Below the pieces are notes generated by a model. The model did no database searches and was not told the origin of the DNA. It was given only the letters and a program-made list of their open reading frames with translations. Source: Lachnospiraceae bacterium (GTDB lineage: Bacteria; Bacillota; Clostridia; Lachnospirales; Lachnospiraceae). From it: a stretch of DNA of 64,000 nt. This document shows positions 49,881-60,387 of this stretch, one piece after another. Location: assembly GCA_051879195.1 (NCBI GenBank), contig JBJELO010000208.1:20007-84006 (forward strand), in the 5' to 3' direction. The stretch's first letter is position 1; the number at the start of each line of letters is the position of its first letter. The translations under genes were made by a program, and so were the position numbers.

Positions 49881-51684
49881 TTCAAAACTTGCGGAGAGAA
49901 ATATTCCCGGTATGAACAACCGGGCGTCACGATTTGCACAGGTAGAGCATGCGGAGAATGTATCAGGAACATTGAAACGGATTCTGGCATATTTCATGAA
50001 GGAAAAAGGACTGGTTCTTGCCATGCTGGGAGTTGTGATACTGGGGACAGTCTGCGGCGTTCTGGCCCCCGGTCTGCAGAGTCAGGCTATTGATATCATT
50101 GCCGGCACCCTTCAGAAGAATCTGGTACATATTCTGGTACTTATGCTGACGGCATATACGATTTATGTGGTCTGCCAGCTGGTGCAGGGCCTGATCAGTG
50201 CCGGATTAAGCCAGAGAATCGTGAAACGCATGAGGGGAGAGCTGTTCGGGAAGCTTGTGGATCTGCCCGTTTCCTATCTGGATACGCATTCCCACGGGGA
50301 TGTCATGAGCCGTATGACCAATGATATTGAAAATATTTCGACTACGGTATCCCAGTCGCTTCCGTCTCTGTTCTCCGGCGTGCTGACCATAATCGGTACC
50401 GTATTTATGATGTTCCGGTACTGCTGGCAGCTGACTCTGCTCAGCTGTGCAACGGTACTTCTGACAGTATGCGCCACCAGATTCCTGTCCGGCAAAGTCC
50501 GGAAATTTTCCCGCCGCCGTCAGCAGCTTCTCGGACAGCTCAACGGCACTGTGGAGGAAATGATTTCCGGCTACCGGACTGTGGTGGCTTACAATCATCA
50601 GGAAATTACGGCACAGAATTTCTGTGAAACAGCGGATTCCCTGACAAAGGCCGGCATACGGACCGATATTTTCAGCGGAGTCATGGGTCCGGTGATGAAC
50701 TGTATCGGCAACATTGGTTTTGTCATCATTGCCGTTTTCGGAGGATATTTTGCCATACATGGCATGATTTCAGTGGGTGTGATTTCTGCTTTTATTGTGT
50801 ATGCCAGGCAGTTCAGCCGCCCGATCAATGAAATCGCCCAGATTTACGGGCAGCTTCAGACTGCAATTGCCGGGGCGGAGCGTGTTTTTGTGGTTCTGGA
50901 TGAGGAAAATGAAGAGAAGACAGGGGAGGAATTCGGCGCCGGGACAGAGGCGGAAGTTACGTTTCAGAATGTGGTTTTTTCCTATCAGCCGGGGTATCCG
51001 GTGCTCCATGATTTTTCTCTGAAGGTGCCTTCCGGCCGAAAAGTGGCTCTGGTGGGTGCCACCGGCAGCGGGAAAACGACGGTTGTGAATCTGCTGATGC
51101 GTTTTTACGATCCCGACAGCGGCAGGATTCTGATCAATGATCAGGATATTGCCGGGATGAGCCGTGACAGCCTGAGAAAAAACATTGCCATCGTTCTGCA
51201 GGATACGGTGCTGTTCACCGATACCATCCGCAGCAATCTGAAATACGGCAATGAACATGCATCAAAGGAGCAGCTTGACAAAGCTGTGGAGATGAGCTGC
51301 TGCAAAGAGATGATCCGGCTGCTTCCTGAGGGTCTGGATACGGTTCTTTCCGGTTCCGGCTCCAATATCAGCCAGGGCCAGCGTCAGCTTCTGGCAATAG
51401 CCAGAGCGTTTGTGGCGGACCCGAAGATCCTGATTCTTGACGAGGCCACCTCCAATGTGGATACCCGCACGGAAAAGGCGATCCAGGATGCCATGCAGCG
51501 GATCATGAAAAACCGTACCAGCATCATCATAGCCCATCGTCTGTCCACCATCAGAGATGCGGACATGATCGTGGTAATGGATCAGGGCCGCATTGTGGAA
51601 ACAGGTGACCATGAGAGCCTGCTGGCGAAAAAGGGACGGTATTATGAACTGTACATGACCCAGTACGCAGGCTTTGCCACCTGA
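49873..51684 (+). CDS. Heterodimeric ABC exporter, subunit B
   Basis: TMD + GATGSGKT, ISQGQRQ, LDEATS. Confidence 0.92.
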   Translation: MSNSKLAERNIPGMNNRASRFAQVEHAENVSGTLKRILAYFMKEKGLVLAMLGVVILGTVCGVLAPGLQSQAIDIIAGTLQKNLVHILVLMLTAYTIYVVCQLVQGLISAGLSQRIVKRMRGELFGKLVDLPVSYLDTHSHGDVMSRMTNDIENISTTVSQSLPSLFSGVLTIIGTVFMMFRYCWQLTLLSCATVLLTVCATRFLSGKVRKFSRRRQQLLGQLNGTVEEMISGYRTVVAYNHQEITAQNFCETADSLTKAGIRTDIFSGVMGPVMNCIGNIGFVIIAVFGGYFAIHGMISVGVISAFIVYARQFSRPINEIAQIYGQLQTAIAGAERVFVVLDEENEEKTGEEFGAGTEAEVTFQNVVFSYQPGYPVLHDFSLKVPSGRKVALVGATGSGKTTVVNLLMRFYDPDSGRILINDQDIAGMSRDSLRKNIAIVLQDTVLFTDTIRSNLKYGNEHASKEQLDKAVEMSCCKEMIRLLPEGLDTVLSGSGSNISQGQRQLLAIARAFVADPKILILDEATSNVDTRTEKAIQDAMQRIMKNRTSIIIAHRLSTIRDADMIVVMDQGRIVETGDHESLLAKKGRYYELYMTQYAGFAT

Positions 51685-51695
51685 ATTCTGTCACA

Positions 51696-52652
51696 TTAAT
51701 CAGGCGCCGTTTCCGGTTCTCTCTGACAGATGACAATGGAGAACAGCACAAGCACGACTCCCAGAAGTCCGCCTGCGGTCATGGATTCGTGGTAGACCAC
51801 GATGCCGAGCAGCGTGGCGACCACCGGCTCTACAGAAGCGATGATGGAGGCTTTGCTGTTCTCCATGTATTTTAATCCGATGGTATAGGTCAGATAAGGT
51901 AAAACGGTGCTTGCCAGACCGAATACCAGAGCAAACAGAATCATGGAACCATCTCTGAAAACCACATTTCCCAGCAGTTTCACATCGGTCAGAGGAAGTA
52001 TCCCCACAGACGCAGCCAGAAACGTATAAAATGAGATCGTAAAGGAATCGTATCCCCTTTCGATGGCAAATTTGCCGAAAATCGAGTACAGAGCGTAGCC
52101 GAATCCGGCCCCCAGTCCCACCAGAATGCCCGCAGGAGAAAGGGCATCGCCGCTGCCTGCAATTCCTGTTACCAGTACGCAGCCAAGGAAGGTCAGAATC
52201 AGAGCAAGTACCCTGATGCCGGTAAATCTTTCATGAAACAGAAAACGGGACATAACCATGACCATGGCCGGCGCGGTGTACAGAAGGACCGCTGCCACGG
52301 AAAGCGATGTCATGGTAATCGCTTTAAAATAGCAGTAATTGAAGAAAACGATGCTGCATATGCCTGTCCCCAGAAAACACCAGATATCCTTCAGACGAAT
52401 CTTTAATAATTTCCTGTCATATACAAGTAAAAACAGAAACAGGGCAGCGCAGGTGACCATGGCCCGCAGTGCAACGATCTCAGGAGAAGCAAGCCCTGCC
52501 CTGTTCAGCCGGCGGACGAAAATACCCATGGTACCCCACAGGATGCCCGCTGCCAGTACTAAAACGGGCGCCAGCTTTTGCATCAGCGGTTTCTCTTTAC
52601 GGAGATTCTGTTTTCTTCCAGTCTCTTTCTTCATGCCTTTTTCCAGAATCAT
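51696..52652 (-). CDS. DMT/EamA-family transporter
   Basis: LWGTMG, LLYTAP, ASVEPV; GGGAGG RBS. Confidence 0.88.
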   Translation of the reverse strand: MILEKGMKKETGRKQNLRKEKPLMQKLAPVLVLAAGILWGTMGIFVRRLNRAGLASPEIVALRAMVTCAALFLFLLVYDRKLLKIRLKDIWCFLGTGICSIVFFNYCYFKAITMTSLSVAAVLLYTAPAMVMVMSRFLFHERFTGIRVLALILTFLGCVLVTGIAGSGDALSPAGILVGLGAGFGYALYSIFGKFAIERGYDSFTISFYTFLAASVGILPLTDVKLLGNVVFRDGSMILFALVFGLASTVLPYLTYTIGLKYMENSKASIIASVEPVVATLLGIVVYHESMTAGGLLGVVLVLFSIVICQREPETAPD

Positions 52653-52685
52653 TTTGATTTCCTCCCTGAATATGTTTTGGATGAT

Positions 52686-52728
52686 CTGTTCAGAGCCATG
52701 CAGTCATTTGGCAGCTGGATCTGAACAG
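52686..52728. repeat. Internally deleted REP/MITE-like element
   Basis: CTGTTCAGAGCCA...TGGATCTGAACAG. Confidence 0.55.
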
Positions 52729-52921
52729 CCATGTTGGATAAAAGAATTCTCATGATTATAGCATGGAATGGCCGGCTTTGAACAGTGGGCTGCCGATTCC
52801 GGTTTTTTATGGCAGTTTATCCCGAACATTGGAACAGGGTGAAGGAAAAACGGCTGACAGATGTGCCTGAATGTGATATGATTGGAGAGTCGTGTATGAC
52901 TGGATATCTGTAAAAAATCAA

Positions 52922-52971
52922 TTGACAAATCGCAGTAGTCGGGGTATATTATACCCTATAAAGTCGATATG
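52922..52971 (+). promoter_or_regulatory. Promoter of the amino acid ABC operon with a CCTA-N9-TATG operator
   Basis: TTGACA-17bp-TATATT; CCTA TAAAGTCGA TATG at 52955-52971. Confidence 0.55.
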
Positions 52972-53034
52972 AAATAGGGAATATGATTTCCGGTCGGGCG
53001 GTGAATACATATTATTATTAAGGGAGTAATCACA

Positions 53035-53760
53035 ATGGAAATGAGTGTGGTGCTGGGGCAGCTGCCGCACTGTATGAAGGAGGCCAACAGGCTGTTTGGG
53101 CTGAACACCGATTTTATGCAGGAAAATCTGTCCCTTTATGTGGAAGCAGCGAAGCTGACGCTGCGCATGGCAGTATTCGGAATTATATTTGCCGTTATTG
53201 TCGGTCTGATCTGCAGCATGGTCCGTTATTTCAAAGTACCCGTGCTGTCGCAGATTGCAGGCTGCTACATTGAATTATCAAGAAATACGCCGCTGCTGAT
53301 CCAGCTGTATTTTCTGTATTTCGGTCTTCCGAAGATTGGAATCGTACTCAGTTCGGAGCAGTGCGCGGTCATCGGTCTGGCTTTTCTGGGTGGAAGCTAT
53401 ATGGCGGAGGCTTTCCGGAGCGGTCTTGACAATGTGCCGGGGATTCAGGTGGAATCGGCCATGAGTCTGGGCATGACGCACAGCCAGATTTTCGGGAATA
53501 TTATCCTGCCTCAGGCAGTATCCAATTCGATTCCCGCGTTCTGTGCCAACATTATCTTCCTGATCAAGGAAACTTCCGTGTTCAGTGCGGTGGCACTGGC
53601 GGATCTGATGTTTGTAACAAAGGATCTGATCGGTATGAATTACAATACGGATGAAGCGCTGTTTATGCTGGTGGTGGCATATCTGATCATTCTGCTGCCC
53701 ATATCGATCATCTGTACATTTGTGGAAAGGAAGGTTCGTTATGCAGAATATGGGGTTTGA
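53035..53760 (+). CDS. Polar amino acid ABC permease
   Basis: RNTPLLIQL, YMAEAFRSG, Q.ESA.SLG, LIKETS. Confidence 0.92.
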   Translation: MEMSVVLGQLPHCMKEANRLFGLNTDFMQENLSLYVEAAKLTLRMAVFGIIFAVIVGLICSMVRYFKVPVLSQIAGCYIELSRNTPLLIQLYFLYFGLPKIGIVLSSEQCAVIGLAFLGGSYMAEAFRSGLDNVPGIQVESAMSLGMTHSQIFGNIILPQAVSNSIPAFCANIIFLIKETSVFSAVALADLMFVTKDLIGMNYNTDEALFMLVVAYLIILLPISIICTFVERKVRYAEYGV

Positions 53761-54421
53761 GGTACTGTTTCGGGGAACCAATTTTCTGAGATTATGCGAA
53801 GGCCTGTGGGTCACCCTGAGGATTGCGCTGATCTCCATGATACTGTCCATTCTCCTGGGATTTGTCCTGGGAATGATTATGAATATTCAGAATATCGTCG
53901 TGAAAGCCATCTGCAGGTTTTATCTGGAAGTGGTGCGGATCATGCCCCAGCTGGTGCTTCTGTTCCTGGTGTATTTCGGAGCAGCGAAACATCTGGGTAT
54001 GAACCTTTCCGGGGAAAATGCGGCGATTATTGTTTTTACCTTCTGGGGGACGGCCGAGATGGGAGATCTGGTCAGAAGTGCGCTGATTGCCATTCCGAAG
54101 CATCAGTATGAGAGCGGCTACGGTCTGGGTCTTACGAAGATGCAGGTTTACATTTACATTATCCTGCCTCAGACCATCCGTAGACTGCTGCCTTCCGGCA
54201 TCAATCTGCTGACCCGTATGATCAAGACCACATCTCTGGTGGCCCTGATCGGTGTCATTGAAGTGGTAAAGGTGGGCAAACAGATCATCGATGCTTCCCG
54301 CTATACAGATCCGAAAGCCGGTCTGTGGGTATACGGAGCAGTATTTATCATGTATTTTGTAATATGTTTTCCTTTTTCCAGACTTTCTGCAGCGCTGGAG
54401 AAGAAATTTGCGAATCAATAG
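53741..54421 (+). CDS. Polar amino acid ABC permease
   Basis: RIMPQLV, AEMGDLVR, HQYES, MIKTTSL. Confidence 0.92.
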   Translation: MQNMGFEVLFRGTNFLRLCEGLWVTLRIALISMILSILLGFVLGMIMNIQNIVVKAICRFYLEVVRIMPQLVLLFLVYFGAAKHLGMNLSGENAAIIVFTFWGTAEMGDLVRSALIAIPKHQYESGYGLGLTKMQVYIYIILPQTIRRLLPSGINLLTRMIKTTSLVALIGVIEVVKVGKQIIDASRYTDPKAGLWVYGAVFIMYFVICFPFSRLSAALEKKFANQ

Positions 54422-54430
54422 GAGTAGGTC

Positions 54431-55186
54431 ATGGCAGAGACGATATTGGAAGTAGAACATTTGAAAAAATCTTATGGTGATCAGGCGCTGGTCCTGAATG
54501 ATATTTCTTTTTCGATTGAAAAAGGCGAAGTTGTAGTAGTTGTGGGTCCGTCCGGATGCGGGAAAAGTACATTTTTACGTTGTCTGAACCGTCTGGAGGA
54601 TATTAATGAAGGGACCATTAAGCTCCGGGGCGTGAGCTATGAAAAGGAAAAAAAGAAAGTCCATCAGTTCCGGGAGAAAGTAGGTATGGTTTTCCAGAGC
54701 TATGATCTTTTTCCCAATATGACCATCATGGGCAATCTTCTTCTGGCACCCATGAAAGTACAGAAACGAAAAAAAGAGGAAGTGCAGGCAGAGGCAGAGC
54801 AGCTTCTTGAAAGAGTCGGTCTGCTGGAGAAGAAGGACAGCTATCCCAGACAGCTGTCAGGCGGTCAGAAGCAGCGTGTGGCTATTGTGAGATCCCTGCT
54901 GATGCATCCCGAGGTACTTCTGCTGGATGAGATCACTGCCGCTCTTGACCCGGAGATGGTAAGAGAGGTACTGCAGGTTGTTCTGGAGCTTGCAAAATCA
55001 GGTATGACCATGGTCATTGTTACCCACGAGATGGAATTTGCCAGAGCCGTGGCTGACCGGGTGATCTTCCTTGACGGAGGCAAGGTTGTGGAAGAAGCCG
55101 GTCCGGAGGAATTTTTCGACCATCCGAAGACGGACCGTGCAAAACAGTTTCTGAACAGTTTCCATTACGAAGCTGTTAATGAATAA
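54431..55186 (+). CDS. Amino acid ABC ATP-binding protein
   Basis: [26 protein letters not shown]. Confidence 0.93.
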   Translation: MAETILEVEHLKKSYGDQALVLNDISFSIEKGEVVVVVGPSGCGKSTFLRCLNRLEDINEGTIKLRGVSYEKEKKKVHQFREKVGMVFQSYDLFPNMTIMGNLLLAPMKVQKRKKEEVQAEAEQLLERVGLLEKKDSYPRQLSGGQKQRVAIVRSLLMHPEVLLLDEITAALDPEMVREVLQVVLELAKSGMTMVIVTHEMEFARAVADRVIFLDGGKVVEEAGPEEFFDHPKTDRAKQFLNSFHYEAVNE

Positions 55187-55210
55187 ATATTTTCAATAGA
55201 AAGAGAGGAA

Positions 55211-56125
55211 ATGACGATGAAAAAGAAAATGTTAAGTCTGCTGCTGGCCGTAGTAATGCTGGCAGGTATTTTTGCCGGCTGCGGCGGAAGCAGTGATGAG
55301 GGAAAGGAAGCTGCAGGAGGAGAGACAACAGCCGCTGCAGGAGATGACGGCGCTGCTGCCGGTCAGGCAAGAAGTCTGGACGAGATCAAAGAATCCGGTA
55401 AGATTAAAATCGGTGTATTCAGTGATAAAAACCCCTTTGGATACGTGGATGAAAACGGCGAAATCCAGGGCTATGATGTTTATTTTGCAAAAAGAATCGC
55501 AAAAGACCTGCTGGGCAGCGAAGATGCGGTAGAATTTGTTTATGTGGAAGCTGCAAGCCGTGTGGAATATCTGCAGTCCGCAAAGGTTGATATCATTCTG
55601 GCCAACTTCACGGTAACCGATGACAGAAAAGAAAAGGTTGATTTCGCGCTGCCTTACATGAAAGTTGCTCTGGGCGTTGTATCACCTGACAGTGCTCCGA
55701 TCACCAGCGTGGACGATCTGGAGGGCAAGAACCTGATCGTTGTAAAAGGTACCACAGCCGAAACCTATTTTACGGAAAATTATCCTGACCTGAAACTGAC
55801 AAAGTTTGATGAATATCAGGAAGCTTACGATGCACTGCTGGACGGCAGAGGAGATGCATTCTCAACCGATAATACCGAAGTACTGGCATGGGCACGTCAG
55901 AATCCTGGATTTACCGTTGGCGTGGAATCCATCGGCAATATCGATACCATCGCTCCTGCTGTACAGAAAGGCAATACAGAACTGCTGAACTGGCTGAATG
56001 AGGAAATCGAGTCTCTGGCAGACGAACAGTTCTTCCACGCAGATTTCGATGCAACTTTAAAGGATGTATACGGCGACAGTATCGATCCTGAAAGCCTGGT
56101 TGTTGAAGGCGGCGTTGTAGACTAA
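55211..56125 (+). CDS. Amino acid (probably cysteine, CjaA-like) ABC substrate-binding lipoprotein
   Basis: Lipobox FAGC; GVFSDKNPFGY, ILANFTVT..R, PYMKVALG. Confidence 0.88.
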   Translation: MTMKKKMLSLLLAVVMLAGIFAGCGGSSDEGKEAAGGETTAAAGDDGAAAGQARSLDEIKESGKIKIGVFSDKNPFGYVDENGEIQGYDVYFAKRIAKDLLGSEDAVEFVYVEAASRVEYLQSAKVDIILANFTVTDDRKEKVDFALPYMKVALGVVSPDSAPITSVDDLEGKNLIVVKGTTAETYFTENYPDLKLTKFDEYQEAYDALLDGRGDAFSTDNTEVLAWARQNPGFTVGVESIGNIDTIAPAVQKGNTELLNWLNEEIESLADEQFFHADFDATLKDVYGDSIDPESLVVEGGVVD

Positions 56126-56140
56126 AATCAGGGTGAGATT

Positions 56141-57064
56141 ATGACACTTCAGCAGCTGAGATATGTGACCGCGGTGGCGGATGCCGGTTCCATGAATGAA
56201 GCGGCCAAGGCTCTTTATGTTTCACAGCCCAGTCTTTCCGGGGCAGTGAAGGAACTGGAAGCGGAGGCGGGAATTGAGATTTTCAAGCGCACCAATAAAG
56301 GTGTGCAGCTGACTCCCGACGGGGAAGAGTTTCTGGGATATGCCCGCCAGCTGATGGAACAGTATCAGCTGATTGAGGACCGTTTCATCAGGCGCACCCG
56401 GGTGAAAAGCAAGTTCAGTGTTTCCATGCAGCATTATTCTTTTGCCGTAAAGGCATTTGTGGAACTGGTGAAACAGTACGGCATGGATGAATACGAATTT
56501 GCCGTATCCGAAACCAAGACCAGCGAAGTGATTTCGGATGTAAGAAATTTCAAAAGCGAGCTGGGCGTTCTGTTTCAGAATGAATTTAATAAAAAAGCTC
56601 TTTCCAAGATTCTGAAGGACAACAATCTGGAATTTCATGAGCTGTTTGACTGCGGAACCTACGTCTATCTCTGGAAAAATCATCCGCTGGCCGGCCAGCC
56701 GGTCATTACCATGGAGGAACTGAGGGAATATCCCTGTCTGGTGTTCGATCAGGGAAGCGACAATTCCTTTTTCCTGGCGGAAGAGATGATGAGTACTTAT
56801 GAGTACAAAAGGGTCATCCGGGCCAATGACCGGGCCACCATGCTGAATCTGATGGTGGGACTGAACGGTTATACTCTGTGTTCGGGCATTATCTGCGAGG
56901 AACTGAACGGCAGCGATTATACCGCCGTTCCGCTGGCAGAAAAAGAAGTCATGACCATCGGATACATTCAGCGGCGCGGCATGATGCTGAGTCCGCTGGC
57001 ACTCCGGTATCTTGAGGAGATCAGAAGGTATGAAAACTGTATTCTGAAGGATTCCGGGGAGTGA
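56141..57064 (+). CDS. LysR-family regulator (streptococcal MtaR/CmbR-like sulfur regulator)
   Basis: MTLQQLRY, SQPSLS, SMQHYSF, DRATMLNL. Confidence 0.9.
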   Translation: MTLQQLRYVTAVADAGSMNEAAKALYVSQPSLSGAVKELEAEAGIEIFKRTNKGVQLTPDGEEFLGYARQLMEQYQLIEDRFIRRTRVKSKFSVSMQHYSFAVKAFVELVKQYGMDEYEFAVSETKTSEVISDVRNFKSELGVLFQNEFNKKALSKILKDNNLEFHELFDCGTYVYLWKNHPLAGQPVITMEELREYPCLVFDQGSDNSFFLAEEMMSTYEYKRVIRANDRATMLNLMVGLNGYTLCSGIICEELNGSDYTAVPLAEKEVMTIGYIQRRGMMLSPLALRYLEEIRRYENCILKDSGE

Positions 57065-57124
57065 AACCCGCAGACCAAAGAGCGCGGAATCAGAATAAAA
57101 AACGAATCATAAGAAGACTGATTG

Positions 57125-57228
57125 AAAGCAGGTATCTGGATATAAGGAAAACTTATAACCAGATACCTGCTTTTTCATATTGGACAAGTAGGAATTATCA
57201 ATATATAATAACCTTGTAATCAGATAGG
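57125..57228 (+). promoter_or_regulatory. Terminator-like hairpin containing a LysR box, then the metY promoter with two C(C/A)T(A/T)-N9-TAGG sites
   Basis: AAAGCAGGTATCTGG/CCAGATACCTGCTTT stem; TATAAG-N5-CTTATA 57141-57157; TGGACA-17bp-TATAAT; sites 57176-57192 and 57212-57228. Confidence 0.6.
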
Positions 57229-57282
57229 AAAACAGAAAACAGAAAATAGAAAAAGAAGGAAATAGAAAAGGAGAACAGCGTT

Positions 57283-58593
57283 ATGAGTAAGAAAACAAGA
57301 GCAGAAAGAAATTTAAGATTTGAAACATTACAGTTACATGTAGGTCAGGAACAGCCTGATCCGGCAACCGGAGCAAGAGCCGTACCGATTTATCAGACAT
57401 CATCCTATGTATTTAACAATTCTGCACATGCGGCTGCAAGATTTGGCCTGACTGATGCCGGCAATATTTACGGCAGACTGACCAACCCCACCGAGGATGT
57501 GTTTGAACAGCGTATCGCAGCTCTGGAAGGCGGCGTTGCAGCACTGGCAGTTGCTTCCGGCGCGGCAGCCATCACCTATACCATCGAGAATCTGGCACAG
57601 GCCGGCGACCACATCGTATCAGCGAAAAATATTTACGGCGGTTCCTTCAATCTGCTGCAGCACACCCTGCCTCAGTACGGAATTACTACCACTTTTGTCG
57701 ATATTTTCAATCTGGATGAGGTTCGCGCAGCAATTCAGGACAATACGAAGGCTCTTTACATTGAGACACTGGGCAATCCCAATTCCGACGTAGTGGATAT
57801 CGAAGCACTGGCGGAACTGGCTCACGAGTATAAGATTCCGCTGGTTGTGGACAATACATTTGCAACCCCTTATCTCGTTCGTCCCATTGAATACGGCGCG
57901 GATATCGTGGTACATTCCGCAACCAAATTTATCGGCGGTCACGGAACAGCCATCGGCGGCGTGATCGTGGACAGCGGTAAATTCGACTGGGAAGCTTCCG
58001 GCAAGTTCCCGTCACTGACAGACCCCAACCCCAGCTATCACGGCATCAGCTTTACCAAAGCAGTAGGAGCTGCAGCATTCGTTACCAAGATCCGTGCGAT
58101 CCTGCTGAGAGATACAGGTGCAACCGTTTCCCCGTTCCATTCCTTCCTGTTCCTGCAGGGTCTGGAGACACTGTCTCTCCGTGTGGAACGTCATGTAGAA
58201 AATGCGCTGAAGGTGGTGGAATACCTGAACAACCATCCTCAGGTGGAAAAAGTACATCATCCTTCCGTAACCGATGATCCCCAGCAGCAGAGACTTTACA
58301 AAAAGTATTTCCCCAATGGCGGCGGATCCATCTTTACTTTTGAAATCAAGGGCGATGCGCAGAAAGCGCAGGACTTTATCGATAATCTGGAACTGTTCTC
58401 CCTGCTGGCCAATGTAGCGGATGTTAAATCACTGGTAATCCATCCCGCAACTACGACACACAGCCAGTGCTCACCGGAGGAACTGCTGGATCAGGGCATC
58501 AAACCCAATACCATCCGCCTTTCCATCGGAACCGAGAATATCGCGGATATTATTGAAGACCTGGACGAAGCATTTCGTGCGGTTGAAGAATAG
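57283..58593 (+). CDS. metY: O-acetylhomoserine/O-acetylserine sulfhydrylase
   Basis: PIYQTSSY, YGRLTNPT, HSATKFIGGHG, LANVADVKSL, IRLSIG. Confidence 0.93.
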   Translation: MSKKTRAERNLRFETLQLHVGQEQPDPATGARAVPIYQTSSYVFNNSAHAAARFGLTDAGNIYGRLTNPTEDVFEQRIAALEGGVAALAVASGAAAITYTIENLAQAGDHIVSAKNIYGGSFNLLQHTLPQYGITTTFVDIFNLDEVRAAIQDNTKALYIETLGNPNSDVVDIEALAELAHEYKIPLVVDNTFATPYLVRPIEYGADIVVHSATKFIGGHGTAIGGVIVDSGKFDWEASGKFPSLTDPNPSYHGISFTKAVGAAAFVTKIRAILLRDTGATVSPFHSFLFLQGLETLSLRVERHVENALKVVEYLNNHPQVEKVHHPSVTDDPQQQRLYKKYFPNGGGSIFTFEIKGDAQKAQDFIDNLELFSLLANVADVKSLVIHPATTTHSQCSPEELLDQGIKPNTIRLSIGTENIADIIEDLDEAFRAVEE

Positions 58594-58770
58594 TGCTGAG
58601 AATAATGTTGAAGAATAGTTAAGAAAAAACCATATTTAAAGCTGTTCATATCCTTTGAAAAAAAGGCGCAGGAGTCTGAATGGGATTTTATATTTCATGA
58701 AGGCTCCTTTGCCTTTTTTTGCGTGCGGTACTGGATTCCGTGACATATCGGTTGTATAATAAAGAAATGT

Positions 58771-58853
58771 GTAACTGTTCAGCAGGCAGATTTGTACAGA
58801 TGTGCCGTACCGGGGAAACACATGATATTTGCGGGTCGGTTCTGAACAATTAC
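58771..58853. repeat. Full-length degenerate REP/MITE-like element in a 5' UTR
   Basis: GTAACTGTTCAG...CAGATGTGCCGTACCGGGGAAACAC...TCTGAACAATTAC; matches the reverse complement of 16129-16214. Confidence 0.7.
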
Positions 58854-58887
58854 AGAAATATAATGATTCAGGAATGGAGTGATACAT

Positions 58888-59445
58888 ATGAAATTAGTTG
58901 CTGTACTTGGCAGCAGCCGTCCCAATGCGGTTTCTACGAAAATTGCAGAACGTGTTATGAAAGGTGCAGAGGATGCGGGCTGTGAGGTTGTGGTTTTCCA
59001 TGCAAACGATATGAATATGAAAGGCTGCAGAGGATGTGATTCCTGCCGCAGAAACGGAACGGACTGCGTGATTCAGGATGACATGCAGGCATATTTCAGT
59101 CAACTGCATACATGTGATGCCCTTTTGCTGACAGCTCCCAATTACTGTTCACAGGTAGCAGGTCCCATGATCACATTTATGAACCGTCATTACTGTATGT
59201 CAAAGCCGGATCATACTTCCCGTCTGGAACCCGGTAAAAAGCTGATCGGGATTTTCGCTCAGGGAGCACCGGAGGGAATCGAACGGTATGAGGCGGTTTA
59301 TGACTGGTATCTGAGCATTTTTGAAAGACATATGGAACCGGCAGGCAAAATCGTGGCGGGCGGAAACAGTGATCTCAGTGAAAACGGCAGGATCATGACC
59401 GAGGCTTATGAACTGGGACGCCGGATTGCAGAGGCGGAAAAATGA
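58888..59445 (+). CDS. Flavodoxin-like iron-sulfur flavoprotein (Isf / NADPH-dependent FMN reductase family)
   Basis: GSSR..S, CRGCDSC-X5-C, DDM, PNY. Confidence 0.85.
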   Translation: MKLVAVLGSSRPNAVSTKIAERVMKGAEDAGCEVVVFHANDMNMKGCRGCDSCRRNGTDCVIQDDMQAYFSQLHTCDALLLTAPNYCSQVAGPMITFMNRHYCMSKPDHTSRLEPGKKLIGIFAQGAPEGIERYEAVYDWYLSIFERHMEPAGKIVAGGNSDLSENGRIMTEAYELGRRIAEAEK

Positions 59446-60230
59446 TGATTCAGGTTATCTGTTATCTTGTTACGTTTTTTGCCTGTATTCTTGGTACGAT
59501 CTGCGGCATGGGCGGAGGCATTATTATTAAACCGGCCCTTGATGCCACAGGTGTCATGTCAGTGTCCACGGTCACCTTTTTATCGGGCTGCACGGTCATT
59601 GCCATGTCCTGCTGGAGTGTGGGAAAAACTCTGGTGAAAAAAGAATCGGTTATTGACCTGAAAAATACCACGGTTCTGGCTGTGGGCGCAGCTGTGGGCG
59701 GACTGGGCGGCAAGCAGCTGTATACCATGGTTGCGTCGCTTTTTGAGAACAGGGATACTGCAGGAGGCGTGCAGGCCTGTCTGCTGTTTACTGCCACTCT
59801 GCTTACGCTGATTTATACGCTGAATAAGGATAGAATCCGTTCAAAACAGGTGAATTCACCGGCGGTCGGTCTGATCATCGGTGTCTTCCTGGGTCTTTTG
59901 GGAGCTTTCCTCGGCATTGGCGGAGGCCCGTTCAATGTGGCTGTGCTGTATTATTTCTTTTCCATGCCGGCCAAAAAAGCGGCGCAGAACAGTCTGTTTA
60001 TCGTATTGTTCAGTCAGCTGACCAGCACGCTGAAAACAGTTTTATTTGACGGGGTTCCTGTATTTGATCTTTATATTCTTCTGGGAATGATCCTTCTGGG
60101 CATCATCGGCAGTGAGACGGGGCGCCGGATCAATGGGAAGATCGACAATCGCCAGGCCACTCTTTGCCTGGAGGGGGCCATGATTCTGATTCTGGCCATC
60201 AATGTTTATAATATTGTTCGTTTTCTTTAA
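59442..60230 (+). CDS. TauE/SafE sulfite exporter family protein
   Basis: GMGGGIIIKP, GIGGGP, ~8 TM. Confidence 0.87.
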   Translation: MMIQVICYLVTFFACILGTICGMGGGIIIKPALDATGVMSVSTVTFLSGCTVIAMSCWSVGKTLVKKESVIDLKNTTVLAVGAAVGGLGGKQLYTMVASLFENRDTAGGVQACLLFTATLLTLIYTLNKDRIRSKQVNSPAVGLIIGVFLGLLGAFLGIGGGPFNVAVLYYFFSMPAKKAAQNSLFIVLFSQLTSTLKTVLFDGVPVFDLYILLGMILLGIIGSETGRRINGKIDNRQATLCLEGAMILILAINVYNIVRFL

Positions 60231-60234
60231 GATG

Positions 60235-60263
60235 GTTACTGTTCAGAGCCAACCTCGAAAACA
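60235..60263. repeat. Truncated left end of the REP/MITE-like element
   Basis: GTTACTGTTCAGAGCCAACCTCGAAAACA versus GTTACTGTTCAGAGCCAGTCTGGAAAACA at 16129. Confidence 0.75.
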
Positions 60264-60387
60264 AAAAATAGTAAAATTTTTTAATATGATATCCAAACTA
60301 TTGTAAAAAAAAGTGGAAGCGGGTATAATAAATCCGTTTAGGCCAATGATAATAATCAGAATGATTGAATAAGCAGGAGGAACCGTT

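Noticed and set aside
58582-58620. Direct repeat GTTGAAGAATAGT x2 at the metY end
   Set aside because: Only two copies; a simple local duplication of the gene end with no adjacent element.
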